49,415 nt of DNA from a virus (Duplodnaviria > Caudoviricetes). This document shows positions 18,540-26,832 of this stretch, one piece after another (position 1 is the first letter of the stretch; each line of letters begins with the position of its first letter). The stretch lies in the IMG/VR virus record IMGVR_UViG_3300050330_000108, positions 1 through 49,415 of that record; one strand, written 5' to 3'. Made by a program: the position numbers and the translations under genes. Below the pieces are notes generated by a model. That model was not told where the DNA came from and ran no database searches. It was given only the letters and a program-made list of their open reading frames with translations.

Positions 18540-19460
18540 GGCATCAGCCCTTTCATGCTGGTTGGAAACGGGTTCGTACTTCACCTCGCGGCGAACTTCG
18601 ACCGGCTGCCCCACCAATGCTAGGGAGCCGTCCGAACCGATCGAATAGTCCTGCCGCCACAGCTTGTCCGTGGTGTAGTCCACCCACACCAGGTAGCGCG
18701 CGAACACCTCGCGCGGCCAGGAGTCCTTCGGCAGCAGCGCGCGCAGGCCTTCGGCGATCTGTTCGAAGGACAGGTCGCTTTCGTTGCCCAGGAGCTTGCG
18801 CACCCAGCCGGTGAGCCCTTCGTAGCGGCGGTCCTGCGGCGACTGGTCCAGCGTGGCGGATTCGACGGGCTCCTCGGCGCCGGCGGCGTTCAGGAACATG
18901 CCGACGCCCTCCTCCGGCGTGCCGGCGGGCTTCTCGTCCAGCAGGATGGCCAGATGGTCGAACTGCATGTTCGTGGCGATGCTGCGGTACCTCTTGCCGC
19001 GGCTCTCGCCGTTGGCAGCGACCTCCTGCAGCAGCAGGCCGGAGCTGACGGGGATCGGCTCGGCGTTCGTGCCGCTGATGGCCGCGTCCAGCCGCTCGAT
19101 GACCTTCGCGCCGGCGGGCAGCGCCTTGGCCTGCGCCTCGTTGATCACGATGTCGCACAGCGCCCGGCCGCCCTCGTAGCGGCTGTTCGTGCAGTAGGCA
19201 CCGATCCAGGCGGCGGACAGGGCTTCGCCGTTGCTCGCGCTGATGTGGCGGCCCTTGGCGTCCTTCGGGTGCCCCGCCGGCGCCGGGCGGCCGTCCAGCC
19301 CCGCCACTGATTTCTGCAGCTCCTCGCCCGGGTAGAGGCGCTGATTCAGGACGATGCCGTCGATGGCGTGCACCACGTCGCGCACGGTGTAGGTGCCGCC
19401 GCTCTTGGACACGTTCGCCGCGTTGACGGCGGTGACGATGTTGACGCGCTTTTGTGCCAT
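18165..19460 (-). CDS. Prohead protease/scaffold fusion (DUF2213-like)
   Basis: PAPAGHP, VSSG and FDHLAILLDE.PAGTP..G motifs; Ala-rich helical C-terminus. Confidence 0.85.
   Translation of the reverse strand: MAQKRVNIVTAVNAANVSKSGGTYTVRDVVHAIDGIVLNQRLYPGEELQKSVAGLDGRPAPAGHPKDAKGRHISASNGEALSAAWIGAYCTNSRYEGGRALCDIVINEAQAKALPAGAKVIERLDAAISGTNAEPIPVSSGLLLQEVAANGESRGKRYRSIATNMQFDHLAILLDEKPAGTPEEGVGMFLNAAGAEEPVESATLDQSPQDRRYEGLTGWVRKLLGNESDLSFEQIAEGLRALLPKDSWPREVFARYLVWVDYTTDKLWRQDYSIGSDGSLALVGQPVEVRREVKYEPVSNQHERADAVKDKILAALNAAGIKTEGLDDAQLLTAYNALVVQPVQGQLTAANAKVAEFEAAATAAQNAERDALAIELAVNSSLTVDDLKLLPLARLKELKANAKAAPVVVGKTGDKQSEFTGYSLNAHLEAK
18617..18627 (-). promoter_or_regulatory. CTCCCTAGCAT motif inside protease gene
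   Basis: Exact motif, uses rare CTA codon, 77 nt upstream of internal GTG. Confidence 0.7.
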
Positions 19461-19467
19461 GGCGGTG

Positions 19468-19478
19468 ATGCTAGGGAG
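19468..19478 (-). promoter_or_regulatory. CTCCCTAGCAT motif, putative leaderless late promoter
   Basis: TAGCAT, 7 nt, then ATG 19460; follows a terminator. Confidence 0.75.
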
Positions 19479-19483
19479 GCCAT

Positions 19484-19517
19484 GAAAAAGGCCCGGAGCA
19501 TGTGCTACGGGCCTTTC
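19484..19517 (-). terminator. Intrinsic terminator (possibly bidirectional)
   Basis: Minus strand AAAGGCCCGTAGCACATGCTCCGGGCCTTTTT: GC stem plus U tract. Confidence 0.8.
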
Positions 19518-19546
19518 TCTTCGCCGGCTTCACCGGCCCCCCGAAT

Positions 19547-19825
19547 TCAGGTGGACGGGCACATGCGCCAGCTGCCGGACACCTCGGGGCGCTCCCGCTT
19601 GGCGAGGCGCAGCACGAAGACCTTGGCCTGGATGAACGCCACGAGCGGCAGGCGCTTGGCGTCGGCGGGCGCAGCCGCCAGCTTGAAGCCGTCGAGCACC
19701 AGCGCCTTCGCGGCGCGGCACGTCGCCACCACGGTCCGCTCCACGACGCCGAAGGCGAAGGAGACGATGGCCATGCAGGCGATGGCGGCACAGACGATCA
19801 GCGACATGAAGCGGGAGCGATACAT
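19547..19825 (-). CDS. Small hypothetical membrane protein
   Basis: GAAAGG RBS, N-terminal TM; flanked by a motif copy and a terminator. Confidence 0.7.
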   Translation of the reverse strand: MYRSRFMSLIVCAAIACMAIVSFAFGVVERTVVATCRAAKALVLDGFKLAAAPADAKRLPLVAFIQAKVFVLRLAKRERPEVSGSWRMCPST

Positions 19826-19864
19826 GGGATGCCTTTCAGCAGGTGGTTGAGGATGGAAATCTGC

Positions 19865-19874
19865 ATGCTAGGGA
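19865..19874 (-). promoter_or_regulatory. TCCCTAGCAT motif
   Basis: 10-mer core, 39 nt upstream of ATG 19825. Confidence 0.7.
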
Positions 19875-19901
19875 CATCCCGGAAAGGGCTACGATGGCGG
19901 G

Positions 19902-20084
19902 ATGAGCGCCCAGCCGCCGCCCGAACCAGCGCCCGATCCGAAGCGAATCGACTACGACGATCCGACCGTCCGCACGATGGGCCTGTACCTGCGGCGCGAG
20001 GCCGAATTCAAGGCTCGCCAGGAGATGCTGCGGCTGTTGGAGGAGGCGAAGCGCCAGGAAGGTCCGGCGCCGGAGAACATCTAG
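19902..20084 (+). CDS. Small hypothetical protein oriented against the late genes
   Basis: TACGAT, 6 nt, ATG; stop overlaps MuF stop. Confidence 0.6.
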   Translation: MSAQPPPEPAPDPKRIDYDDPTVRTMGLYLRREAEFKARQEMLRLLEEAKRQEGPAPENI

Positions 20085-20995
20085 TCGGCAGTGTGCTCGC
20101 TCTGCCACTTCTTGCGCTCGTTCGCCATCTTCGACTGCAGCGACTTCGTGAGGATCGGCTTTCCGTCCTCGTCCAGCAGCGCCTCCGTCACGGCGCAGCG
20201 GCAGTTGTAGCGGTTGCCGCTCTGGCTGTAGAAGGTGCGGACCTCGTCGGGCGTGTACACCTTGCCGTTGCGGCTCGCATGCCATGGGCGCGTGGTCGGG
20301 ATCAGCGCCGAGGTCCACAGCAGACCGGTGCGGATGCCCATCTCCTGCTCCGCGAACTCCGATTCCGCGATGCGCGCCTGGCGCAGGGTGTCCGTGACGT
20401 CGGTCTGCGCGTACTGCAGCGCCTTCGACTTGCTGACCTCCAGCCGCTCCTGGATCTCCTTGCGCACCGCCTTCGGGTTCTTCCCGTCGACCACGGCCCG
20501 GCCGATGACCTGGGACAGCTCCGCGCGCTGCGTCGCCGCAAGCCCGGTCCAGTGGTCCATGCTCTTGATCTGGGCCATCGCCAGCCGGTTCTTGTAGGGC
20601 GTGCTGTAGATCACCGTCTCGAGCGCGCGGGTGGCCGCGTAGGCTTCCGACAGATTGATCAGGTTCGCCACCGACTGCGCGGTCCCGAGCTGGCTGGCCT
20701 CCTGCACGTAGCCGGACCACCACGCCAGGTGCTCCGGGTCGCGCTCGTCCGCGATCCAGCGGCGCAGGGCCTCCTGGAGCTCCACCGACAGCGCCTGCAT
20801 CTGGGCTGGCGTGAGACCGTAGAGGACGCGCTCCTCCCCTTCGTTGAGCGCGTACACCGGCACGCGGTCGAAGGCGGCCAGGACGTCGCGCTGCAGGCCA
20901 GCGAAGCGCCTGCGGATCTCCGCGCCGGCGCGCCGCAGAATGCCGGCGGCGCCGGTGCGGTCGCGGACGTTACCCGGGACGATCGGATTGGGCAT
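20081..20995 (-). CDS. Head morphogenesis protein (MuF/SPP1 gp7-like)
   Basis: AQTD, W.SAL..TTRPWHA, NRYNCRC motifs. Confidence 0.9.
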   Translation of the reverse strand: MPNPIVPGNVRDRTGAAGILRRAGAEIRRRFAGLQRDVLAAFDRVPVYALNEGEERVLYGLTPAQMQALSVELQEALRRWIADERDPEHLAWWSGYVQEASQLGTAQSVANLINLSEAYAATRALETVIYSTPYKNRLAMAQIKSMDHWTGLAATQRAELSQVIGRAVVDGKNPKAVRKEIQERLEVSKSKALQYAQTDVTDTLRQARIAESEFAEQEMGIRTGLLWTSALIPTTRPWHASRNGKVYTPDEVRTFYSQSGNRYNCRCAVTEALLDEDGKPILTKSLQSKMANERKKWQSEHTAD

Positions 20996-21372
20996 CAGGG
21001 CTTGCGGAACAGGTAGATGCGGTAGTCGACCTGCAGGAGCCCGGCGCGGCTCGGGTGCGGGTCGTGCAGCATCTCACCCGTCGCCGTTTCCCCGACCACC
21101 GCATGGCTGAAGCCGCGCGGGCTCTGGCCAGACAGCCAGCACCGCGGCAGGACCGTCCCGCCCTGGGCCGCGTAGCTCGTCGGGTGGTAGTCGATCCAGT
21201 AGCCCTCGGCGTTCAGCCACGCCTGCAGGCAGTCCCACCAGTGCGCCTCGCCGAGCAGCGCGAAGTGCGGCACGGCCTCCAGCGGTCGATCGAGAATGGC
21301 AGCGAGCGTCGCCTGCAGGCAGTTCCCGCACTGGCCTTCCGCGTGCAGGATGGTCTGATCGGGGAAGCTCAT
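20995..21372 (-). CDS. Papain-fold (C39-like) peptidase-like protein
   Basis: GNCLQA, SHAVV and HDPHP give Cys-His-Asp order; coupled to portal and MuF. Confidence 0.55.
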   Translation of the reverse strand: MSFPDQTILHAEGQCGNCLQATLAAILDRPLEAVPHFALLGEAHWWDCLQAWLNAEGYWIDYHPTSYAAQGGTVLPRCWLSGQSPRGFSHAVVGETATGEMLHDPHPSRAGLLQVDYRIYLFRKP

Positions 21373-22745
21373 TTCTGCGGTGCCGGGTCGGCGGCGGCCG
21401 GGTCGGTCCCGCCCGCGGCCGCAGGGTCGCCCTCCTGCGGCATCCCGTCGTCGGCACGCGGCTCGAAGCCGGCGACGCCGCGCAGCTCGTTCGCGTCGAA
21501 CAGCGGCTCGGTGAGGCCGGCGCGGAAGGCTCGCTCCATGGACGCCGTGAGCTTGTCCAGCAGCGCGTACTTCTGCTCGTCGCTCGGCGCGTCCAGCGGC
21601 GGCCATTCGATCTCGAACTCCCCCGCATCGATGATGCCGGCGGCCTGCATGCGCCGCACGAACTGCTCCAGCATCGGCGTCAGGTCGTTCGCCTGGCGGG
21701 ACGCGCAGCGGGCGACCATGTCCGCCTTGTCCTCGTCGCTGGCCAGCCGGCCGGTCTGCTGGCCGAAGAGGATCGTGAACGGGATCTGCACCGAGGCGGC
21801 GAAGAGGTTGGCCGCGACCTCGAAGGCCGGGCCAGGGTCGCTCTGCTGCGTCTGCAGGGTGTTGGCCTCGCCGCCCTGCAGGACGATGGAGCTGTCCTGG
21901 TTGCGGTTCAGGGCCCGGGTCTGCTCCTCGTGCACCTCGCGCACGGTCTTGCCAGCGTTCTCGCCGGACGTGATCGTCTGCACGCTGGCGGCCGGGTCGT
22001 ACTGGAAGACGATCGTCCGCGCGCTGTTCTTCAGGTAGCTCTCCGCGCTTCCCCCGCTGATCTTCTCCAGGTCCACCAGGTGGTTGAAGCCGGCCAGCAG
22101 CAGCGGCACGCCATCGAACATGTCGCCGACGCTGCCCTCGGCCAGGATCTGCACGCGCGAGGGGTGGACGCGCTCCCACTTGTCCGGCTGGCCCTGCGTA
22201 TCCTGCGCGGTCGGCCGGCGGGCGCGGTATTCGAACATCGTCGGACGGCCGAAGTCTTCGCTCGCGGTGTCGCTGTTCCACGCCGCCACTCGCAGCTGGT
22301 CCTCATACACGGGGATGATGTCCACGAGGCGCTGCGCCCGCTCCAGCGGCTGCTGCAGCGTCTTGCCGTCGCCCACCCGGTAGATCAGGCCGGCGTACCG
22401 GCCGACCATGTTGCGCCGGTCGAAGTCGCGCAGCTTGGCCCAGGCGCCGATGGCCTTGAGGATCGCGCCGAGCTTCTCCTCCCACGGCGTCGGCTTGTCC
22501 GCCTTCGGCTGCTTGATCCGCGGCAGCGCCTGCCAGCACTTGTCCAGGATCCGGTGCACGGCGCCGTGGCCCGGGCCGCCGCGCTCGTACGCCGTCAGCA
22601 GCTGCGCGAAGGTGACGGTCTCCGGGTAGCCGTACTGGTCCCAGGCGGCGGGCCGCTTCGCGTCGAGCGCGCCGACGCCGCGGGCCAGCTCCTCGCGCGC
22701 GCGGCGGATGTCGTAGTCGGTGGTGTTGACGGTGACGGCGGCCAT
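21369..22745 (-). CDS. Portal protein (DUF1073-like)
   Basis: 458 aa between terL and MuF; VHPSRV, IPFTILFGQQTGRLASDED motifs. Confidence 0.88.
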   Translation of the reverse strand: MAAVTVNTTDYDIRRAREELARGVGALDAKRPAAWDQYGYPETVTFAQLLTAYERGGPGHGAVHRILDKCWQALPRIKQPKADKPTPWEEKLGAILKAIGAWAKLRDFDRRNMVGRYAGLIYRVGDGKTLQQPLERAQRLVDIIPVYEDQLRVAAWNSDTASEDFGRPTMFEYRARRPTAQDTQGQPDKWERVHPSRVQILAEGSVGDMFDGVPLLLAGFNHLVDLEKISGGSAESYLKNSARTIVFQYDPAASVQTITSGENAGKTVREVHEEQTRALNRNQDSSIVLQGGEANTLQTQQSDPGPAFEVAANLFAASVQIPFTILFGQQTGRLASDEDKADMVARCASRQANDLTPMLEQFVRRMQAAGIIDAGEFEIEWPPLDAPSDEQKYALLDKLTASMERAFRAGLTEPLFDANELRGVAGFEPRADDGMPQEGDPAAAGGTDPAAADPAPQK

Positions 22746-22751
22746 GCGGCC

Positions 22752-22762
22752 ATGCTAGGGAG
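22752..22762 (-). promoter_or_regulatory. CTCCCTAGCAT motif, putative leaderless late promoter of portal
   Basis: TAGCAT, 6 nt, then ATG 22745; no RBS. Confidence 0.75.
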
Positions 22763-22812
22763 CACTGTAGAAGTTTCCGAGGACAATCACTTTCTCAACG
22801 GAGAGGTGGGGA

Positions 22813-23727
22813 ATGAAGAGACTCATTACCGTAGGGGTTTTTGCGTCTTGCAGCGCCTTGCTAGCAGCTGCGCCACTCGACAGACCGCCTCGTAGGGACG
22901 CGCCCGCTGTCGTTCGTGATGCCGCCCCCGAGCGCGGTTCAAGGGAGCGGCCCCTGTTTGTAGAAGGTGCACTCGTGACTCAGCGAGGCGAGCACCAGAG
23001 CAATTGGGAGATAGAGGATGGAAAAGAGAGGGCGGCCAACGAGCAGGAAGCGATTAGGCTCTCCGGCATCAATGCGCTTCTGACGGGCCTTCTCCTAGTT
23101 ACTGCCATTGCCCAAGTCATACTGTTCTTCTGGCAGCTTCGTCTCATAAGAGAGAGTGCGGGCGACGCTCAGAAAGCGGCGACGGCAGCACACAAGTCAG
23201 CCGATGCCGCTCAGACGCAGGCTCAATCCCTGATGACCGCGCAACGGGCGTGGTTGTCTTTCATCAACGTGGAGGCACGCCCGTTTGAGAACGCACGCGG
23301 GCCTGGCGTTGATGGAGCGAGCGGCTACAGGTTTCAGATTCAATGGCGCAATGCTGGTAATACCCCAGCGCTGTCGGCGAATCTTTACAGCGATGGCCGG
23401 TTGGTCCCTGCGAACGCGGAGGTTCCCGCGTTCGGTGAGACACCAAAGAACGATGTCGAATCCCGCCGCGGTGTGCTGGCGCAAGGTGTTCATTTCAGCA
23501 GCGCACCGTACCTTCTATTAGCGCGTGACCTAGCCGCGCTACAAAACCGACAGGTCCGCCTCTTTCTATTTGCGCGAATCGAGTACGAGGATATTTTTCA
23601 ATCGGGTCAACTGCGAGTCACCGAAGTGTGCGTCGAGGCTAAGTTCGCCGGATTTGTGACCGTCAACGGCGTCCAACAGCTCGACTTCTACTTTCAACCT
23701 TCCGGTCCTCAGAATCTGGCCATATAA
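22813..23727 (+). CDS. Moron: membrane-anchored hypothetical protein
   Basis: Opposite strand between terL and portal, visibly lower GC, TM followed by AATAA..SADAA coil and QRAWL, NAGNTPA motifs. Confidence 0.75.
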   Translation: MKRLITVGVFASCSALLAAAPLDRPPRRDAPAVVRDAAPERGSRERPLFVEGALVTQRGEHQSNWEIEDGKERAANEQEAIRLSGINALLTGLLLVTAIAQVILFFWQLRLIRESAGDAQKAATAAHKSADAAQTQAQSLMTAQRAWLSFINVEARPFENARGPGVDGASGYRFQIQWRNAGNTPALSANLYSDGRLVPANAEVPAFGETPKNDVESRRGVLAQGVHFSSAPYLLLARDLAALQNRQVRLFLFARIEYEDIFQSGQLRVTEVCVEAKFAGFVTVNGVQQLDFYFQPSGPQNLAI

Positions 23728-23785
23728 CCATTGAGGCGTGCCAATCGACCTCCGGCCACGTCCCACGTGTCATACCTTGTGATGT

Positions 23786-25201
23786 TCACGTGAAGATCCC
23801 TGCTGCTGGGTGCAGCAGGCCGTTGAACGCGCGCGCGGCCGCGTCGACCTGATCGTCGTAGGTCCCGTTCGGGAACATCCGGCACTCGTCCTTGAACGGC
23901 TGCAGCCACGGGCCGCGCACCGCGAGCACGTTCCCCGCGTTGATCTGGCTGGCCAGCGGCGTCGCGCGCGTGACCTTGTCGCCCGATTCCGGGCTGAAGT
24001 GCACGTTGTGGCCGGCCAGCAGCTTGGCGAACGCCGCCACCTGGCTCTTTCCGGCCTGGCCCGGGTCCTGCGGCAGCGACTGCTTCAGCGCGCGCCCGTC
24101 GTTCCGGGCCGTTGTCAGGATCAGCGCGTCGCGCTGGTTGGTTTCGAACTGCTCGCGCACCGCACCGGCGATGACGTAGCGGCCGTCGGCAAGGCGCCCC
24201 ACCTTCGCGCCCACGGTGAAGTCGCCGTCGCCGGACGCACCTAAATCCCACCCGCGGCACCACTCCACCACGCCCGCCGGCACGACGTCGACCTCCATCA
24301 GCATGTCCGGCTTGATCACCCCGCCCTCGGGCGGCGCTGGCCGCTGGCGGTACTGGCCGGCGAACACGTACGGGGCGGCCTTCTCCATGCGCCGCAGGGT
24401 GTCGGCGTCGTGCTTCTCGGGCCACCGCGGCTCGTTCTCCTCGGTCCATACCGGGAGGCAGACGTTCTCCCACACCTCGCCGTTGCCCCCGGCCACCGGC
24501 ACCCCCTTTCCCTCGGTCCCTCGGTCGCCCAGCAGCCACCCCGCCAGATCCTGCTCGTGCAGCCGCTGCATGATCACGATGACCGGCGTGTCCGGGCTGT
24601 TCTTCCGGCTTTCCAGCGTGGTCTGGAACCAGTCGATGACGCCCTGGCGGATGACGTCGCTGCTTGCCTCATCCGCTTTGTGCGGGTCGTCGATGATGAT
24701 CGCGCCACCGAAGCCGTCCCGGTGCTTGCCGGCGCCGAAGCCGGTGATCGTGCCGCCCGTGCCCGTGGCGTACATCACGCCGCCGGCAGTGGTCTTCCAG
24801 TGGTGCTGGGCGTCGCTGGCCAGCTGCAGCTCGGGGAAGACCTCGGAGTAGGCCTCATGCTGGACCAGCCCGCGCACCTGCGTGCTGTTGTTGATCGCCA
24901 GGGCGCCCGAGTAGCTGATGTGGATGAACTCGCTGTCCGGGACCCTGCCAAAGCACCAGGCGATGAAGTTGACCACCGCCAGCTCGGTCTTGCTGTACCG
25001 CGGCGGGATGTTGATGATCAACCGCTTGCACTCGCCGCGGTACACCCGCATGAGGGCCCCGCAGACGATGGCGTGATGGCGCGCGCGCTGCCACCGGAAG
25101 CCCTTGCGCTGCAGGAACATCCACCGGCTGAAGAAGTAAAGGTCTTCCCGGGCCATCTCCCGGGCGGCCATCAGCTCCGCCGGGGAGTAGTCGCGCTTCA
25201 C
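23786..25201 (-). CDS. terL: Terminase large subunit
   Basis: PPRYSKT Walker A, IIIDDP Walker B, MQRLH, WDL, DDQVDA nuclease motif; GGAGG RBS. Confidence 0.95.
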   Translation of the reverse strand: MKRDYSPAELMAAREMAREDLYFFSRWMFLQRKGFRWQRARHHAIVCGALMRVYRGECKRLIINIPPRYSKTELAVVNFIAWCFGRVPDSEFIHISYSGALAINNSTQVRGLVQHEAYSEVFPELQLASDAQHHWKTTAGGVMYATGTGGTITGFGAGKHRDGFGGAIIIDDPHKADEASSDVIRQGVIDWFQTTLESRKNSPDTPVIVIMQRLHEQDLAGWLLGDRGTEGKGVPVAGGNGEVWENVCLPVWTEENEPRWPEKHDADTLRRMEKAAPYVFAGQYRQRPAPPEGGVIKPDMLMEVDVVPAGVVEWCRGWDLGASGDGDFTVGAKVGRLADGRYVIAGAVREQFETNQRDALILTTARNDGRALKQSLPQDPGQAGKSQVAAFAKLLAGHNVHFSPESGDKVTRATPLASQINAGNVLAVRGPWLQPFKDECRMFPNGTYDDQVDAAARAFNGLLHPAAGIFT

Positions 25202-25665
25202 ACCTCCGCCGCGATCCGCCGCGCGGCTTCGGTGAACTCGGGGGCGGAGACGTTCGCCTGCTGGATGGGCCCGCCGCCCTTGCCCGTCACCTCGCGCCGG
25301 TTCGTGAACGCGCCACCGCTGTCCTTCGCCGCCTGCTCCAGGATCTGCAGGACCATGGCGTCGTTCCCTCGCTTCTCGGCCCGGTCCAAGGCACGCTGCA
25401 GCACCCGCAACCGGTAGACCTGCTTCGCCACCGGCACCGCCGCCGTCTCCTGCAGGAAGGCCGCGCGCGTCTCCTCGAACACGGCCCGCAGCTTCTTGGC
25501 GACCGTCTTCCCTGCCTTCTTGGTCGGGTCGTAGCTCTCCACCTGCCGGCGGTCGATCTGCAGGCCATACTGATCCTTGACGGCCTGGGCGACGAGCGAC
25601 GGCGTGTCGAAGCACGCAAGTGCTTGCACGATAAAGAGTTTCACGTCGTCGGACAGGGCAGCCAT
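25198..25665 (-). CDS. terS: Terminase small subunit (DUF2280-like)
   Basis: FIVQALACFDTPS, YDPTK, EQAAK, EVTGKGGGPI; overlaps terL start. Confidence 0.85.
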   Translation of the reverse strand: MAALSDDVKLFIVQALACFDTPSLVAQAVKDQYGLQIDRRQVESYDPTKKAGKTVAKKLRAVFEETRAAFLQETAAVPVAKQVYRLRVLQRALDRAEKRGNDAMVLQILEQAAKDSGGAFTNRREVTGKGGGPIQQANVSAPEFTEAARRIAAEV

Positions 25666-25696
25666 GGGTCGGGATTCGTCTGTTGCGGGTCTTGGG

Positions 25697-26365
25697 TCAG
25701 GCCACCTTCAGCATGCAGGTCCCGCACGCCTGGGCAATCCGCAGAGGGCTGGCGCCGGGCCCTCGGCTCACGGCCGCCACCATCTGCGCCAGCTTGCCGT
25801 CCGGGTGGCCCACGCCGTAGCGCGCCACGACGCCCACGAACTCCTCGACGTCGTGGCCGCGGATGGCGATCTTCGGGTTCCCCTCCTTGTCGAAGGCTGG
25901 CTGGCCGAAGTCGTCCAGCACGTGCCCCAGGTGGTACATCTCGTGCTCCACCAGCGCGCAGAACTCGGTGTCGCTCGCCTGCCGCGCGTAGGAGCCGTCG
26001 AGGGTGATCAGGAACTTGGGGATACGGCCGAACCACTGGAGCATCTGGAACTCCTGGCGCTCCTTCTGCCATCCGCCGGCGCGGAAGGCGACCTGCTCCG
26101 CGGTGCCCACCACTACCCGGCCCTGCCTCGCGAAGCCGCCGGCCGCCCACAGGACCTCCAAGTCGGCGCCCTGCAGGTGCGCGTGATCGGGGTTGTGCAG
26201 CGGCGCGCCCTCCTCCACGAAGGTGGCCAGCAGCCACTCGCGCACCTCCGGCGCCGGGACGAACAGCAGTGGGCACCGCTCGTCGTCGGCGAACTGGCCC
26301 AGCTCCACGGGTGGCATGGGCTGCCGGGTGGCGCGCACCGGCGGCTTGCGGGGCTTACTCGCCAT
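25697..26365 (-). CDS. Putative phage metallopeptidase
   Basis: LVEHEMYH HExxH and HDVEEF.GVV.RYG motifs. Confidence 0.85.
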   Translation of the reverse strand: MASKPRKPPVRATRQPMPPVELGQFADDERCPLLFVPAPEVREWLLATFVEEGAPLHNPDHAHLQGADLEVLWAAGGFARQGRVVVGTAEQVAFRAGGWQKERQEFQMLQWFGRIPKFLITLDGSYARQASDTEFCALVEHEMYHLGHVLDDFGQPAFDKEGNPKIAIRGHDVEEFVGVVARYGVGHPDGKLAQMVAAVSRGPGASPLRIAQACGTCMLKVA

Positions 26366-26822
26366 CGTCTTCTCCGATCAGCTGCTCCAGCTTCTTGCTC
26401 CGCGTTTTGGCGCCCTTCGGGGGCCGCGGCGGGCGCTGCCGCGCCCGGCGCTGGCGCTCCCGCTCCGCCCATTCCGGGGTGTCCTGCTCCCGGATGGCGA
26501 CGTGGCGGGTGACGCCGTCCTCCCTGGTCACGATCCGGCGGATCTCGCGATCCGGCTGCCCGCGGCCCACGGCAATCCGCAGGTCCACCAGCGCCAGGTC
26601 GAAGGCGCTGGCCACCACCGGACGCGGCTTCGGCGCCGGGCCCCCCTTGCGCCGGCGCCGCACCCACCGCACGATCTCCGACGGCTCGCCCCACAGGGCC
26701 AGCTGGATCAGCACACGGCGCTCCCGCTCGAGCTTTTCCCGGGCACGGTGGTGCGGCTGCGCGGCTGCGGCTGCGACGCGCAGGAGCACCAGCTCCCTGG
26801 GGTTCGTGGCGAAGAGTGCCAT
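26355..26822 (-). CDS. Hypothetical basic protein upstream of packaging genes
   Basis: Arg-rich ORF overlapping next start; start uncertain (26822 or 26831). Confidence 0.55.
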   Translation of the reverse strand: MALFATNPRELVLLRVAAAAAQPHHRAREKLERERRVLIQLALWGEPSEIVRWVRRRRKGGPAPKPRPVVASAFDLALVDLRIAVGRGQPDREIRRIVTREDGVTRHVAIREQDTPEWAERERQRRARQRPPRPPKGAKTRSKKLEQLIGEDDGE

Positions 26823-26832
26823 CTGGTCCATG

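Noticed and set aside
21369-22745. Anti-CBASS Acb1 label often attached to this family
   Set aside because: Size, motifs and position indicate a portal; no paired HxT phosphoesterase motifs seen
6380-22762. Repeated 10-mer as CRISPR, REP or att elements
   Set aside because: Dispersed, non-palindromic, strand-biased and tied to gene starts; no spacer array
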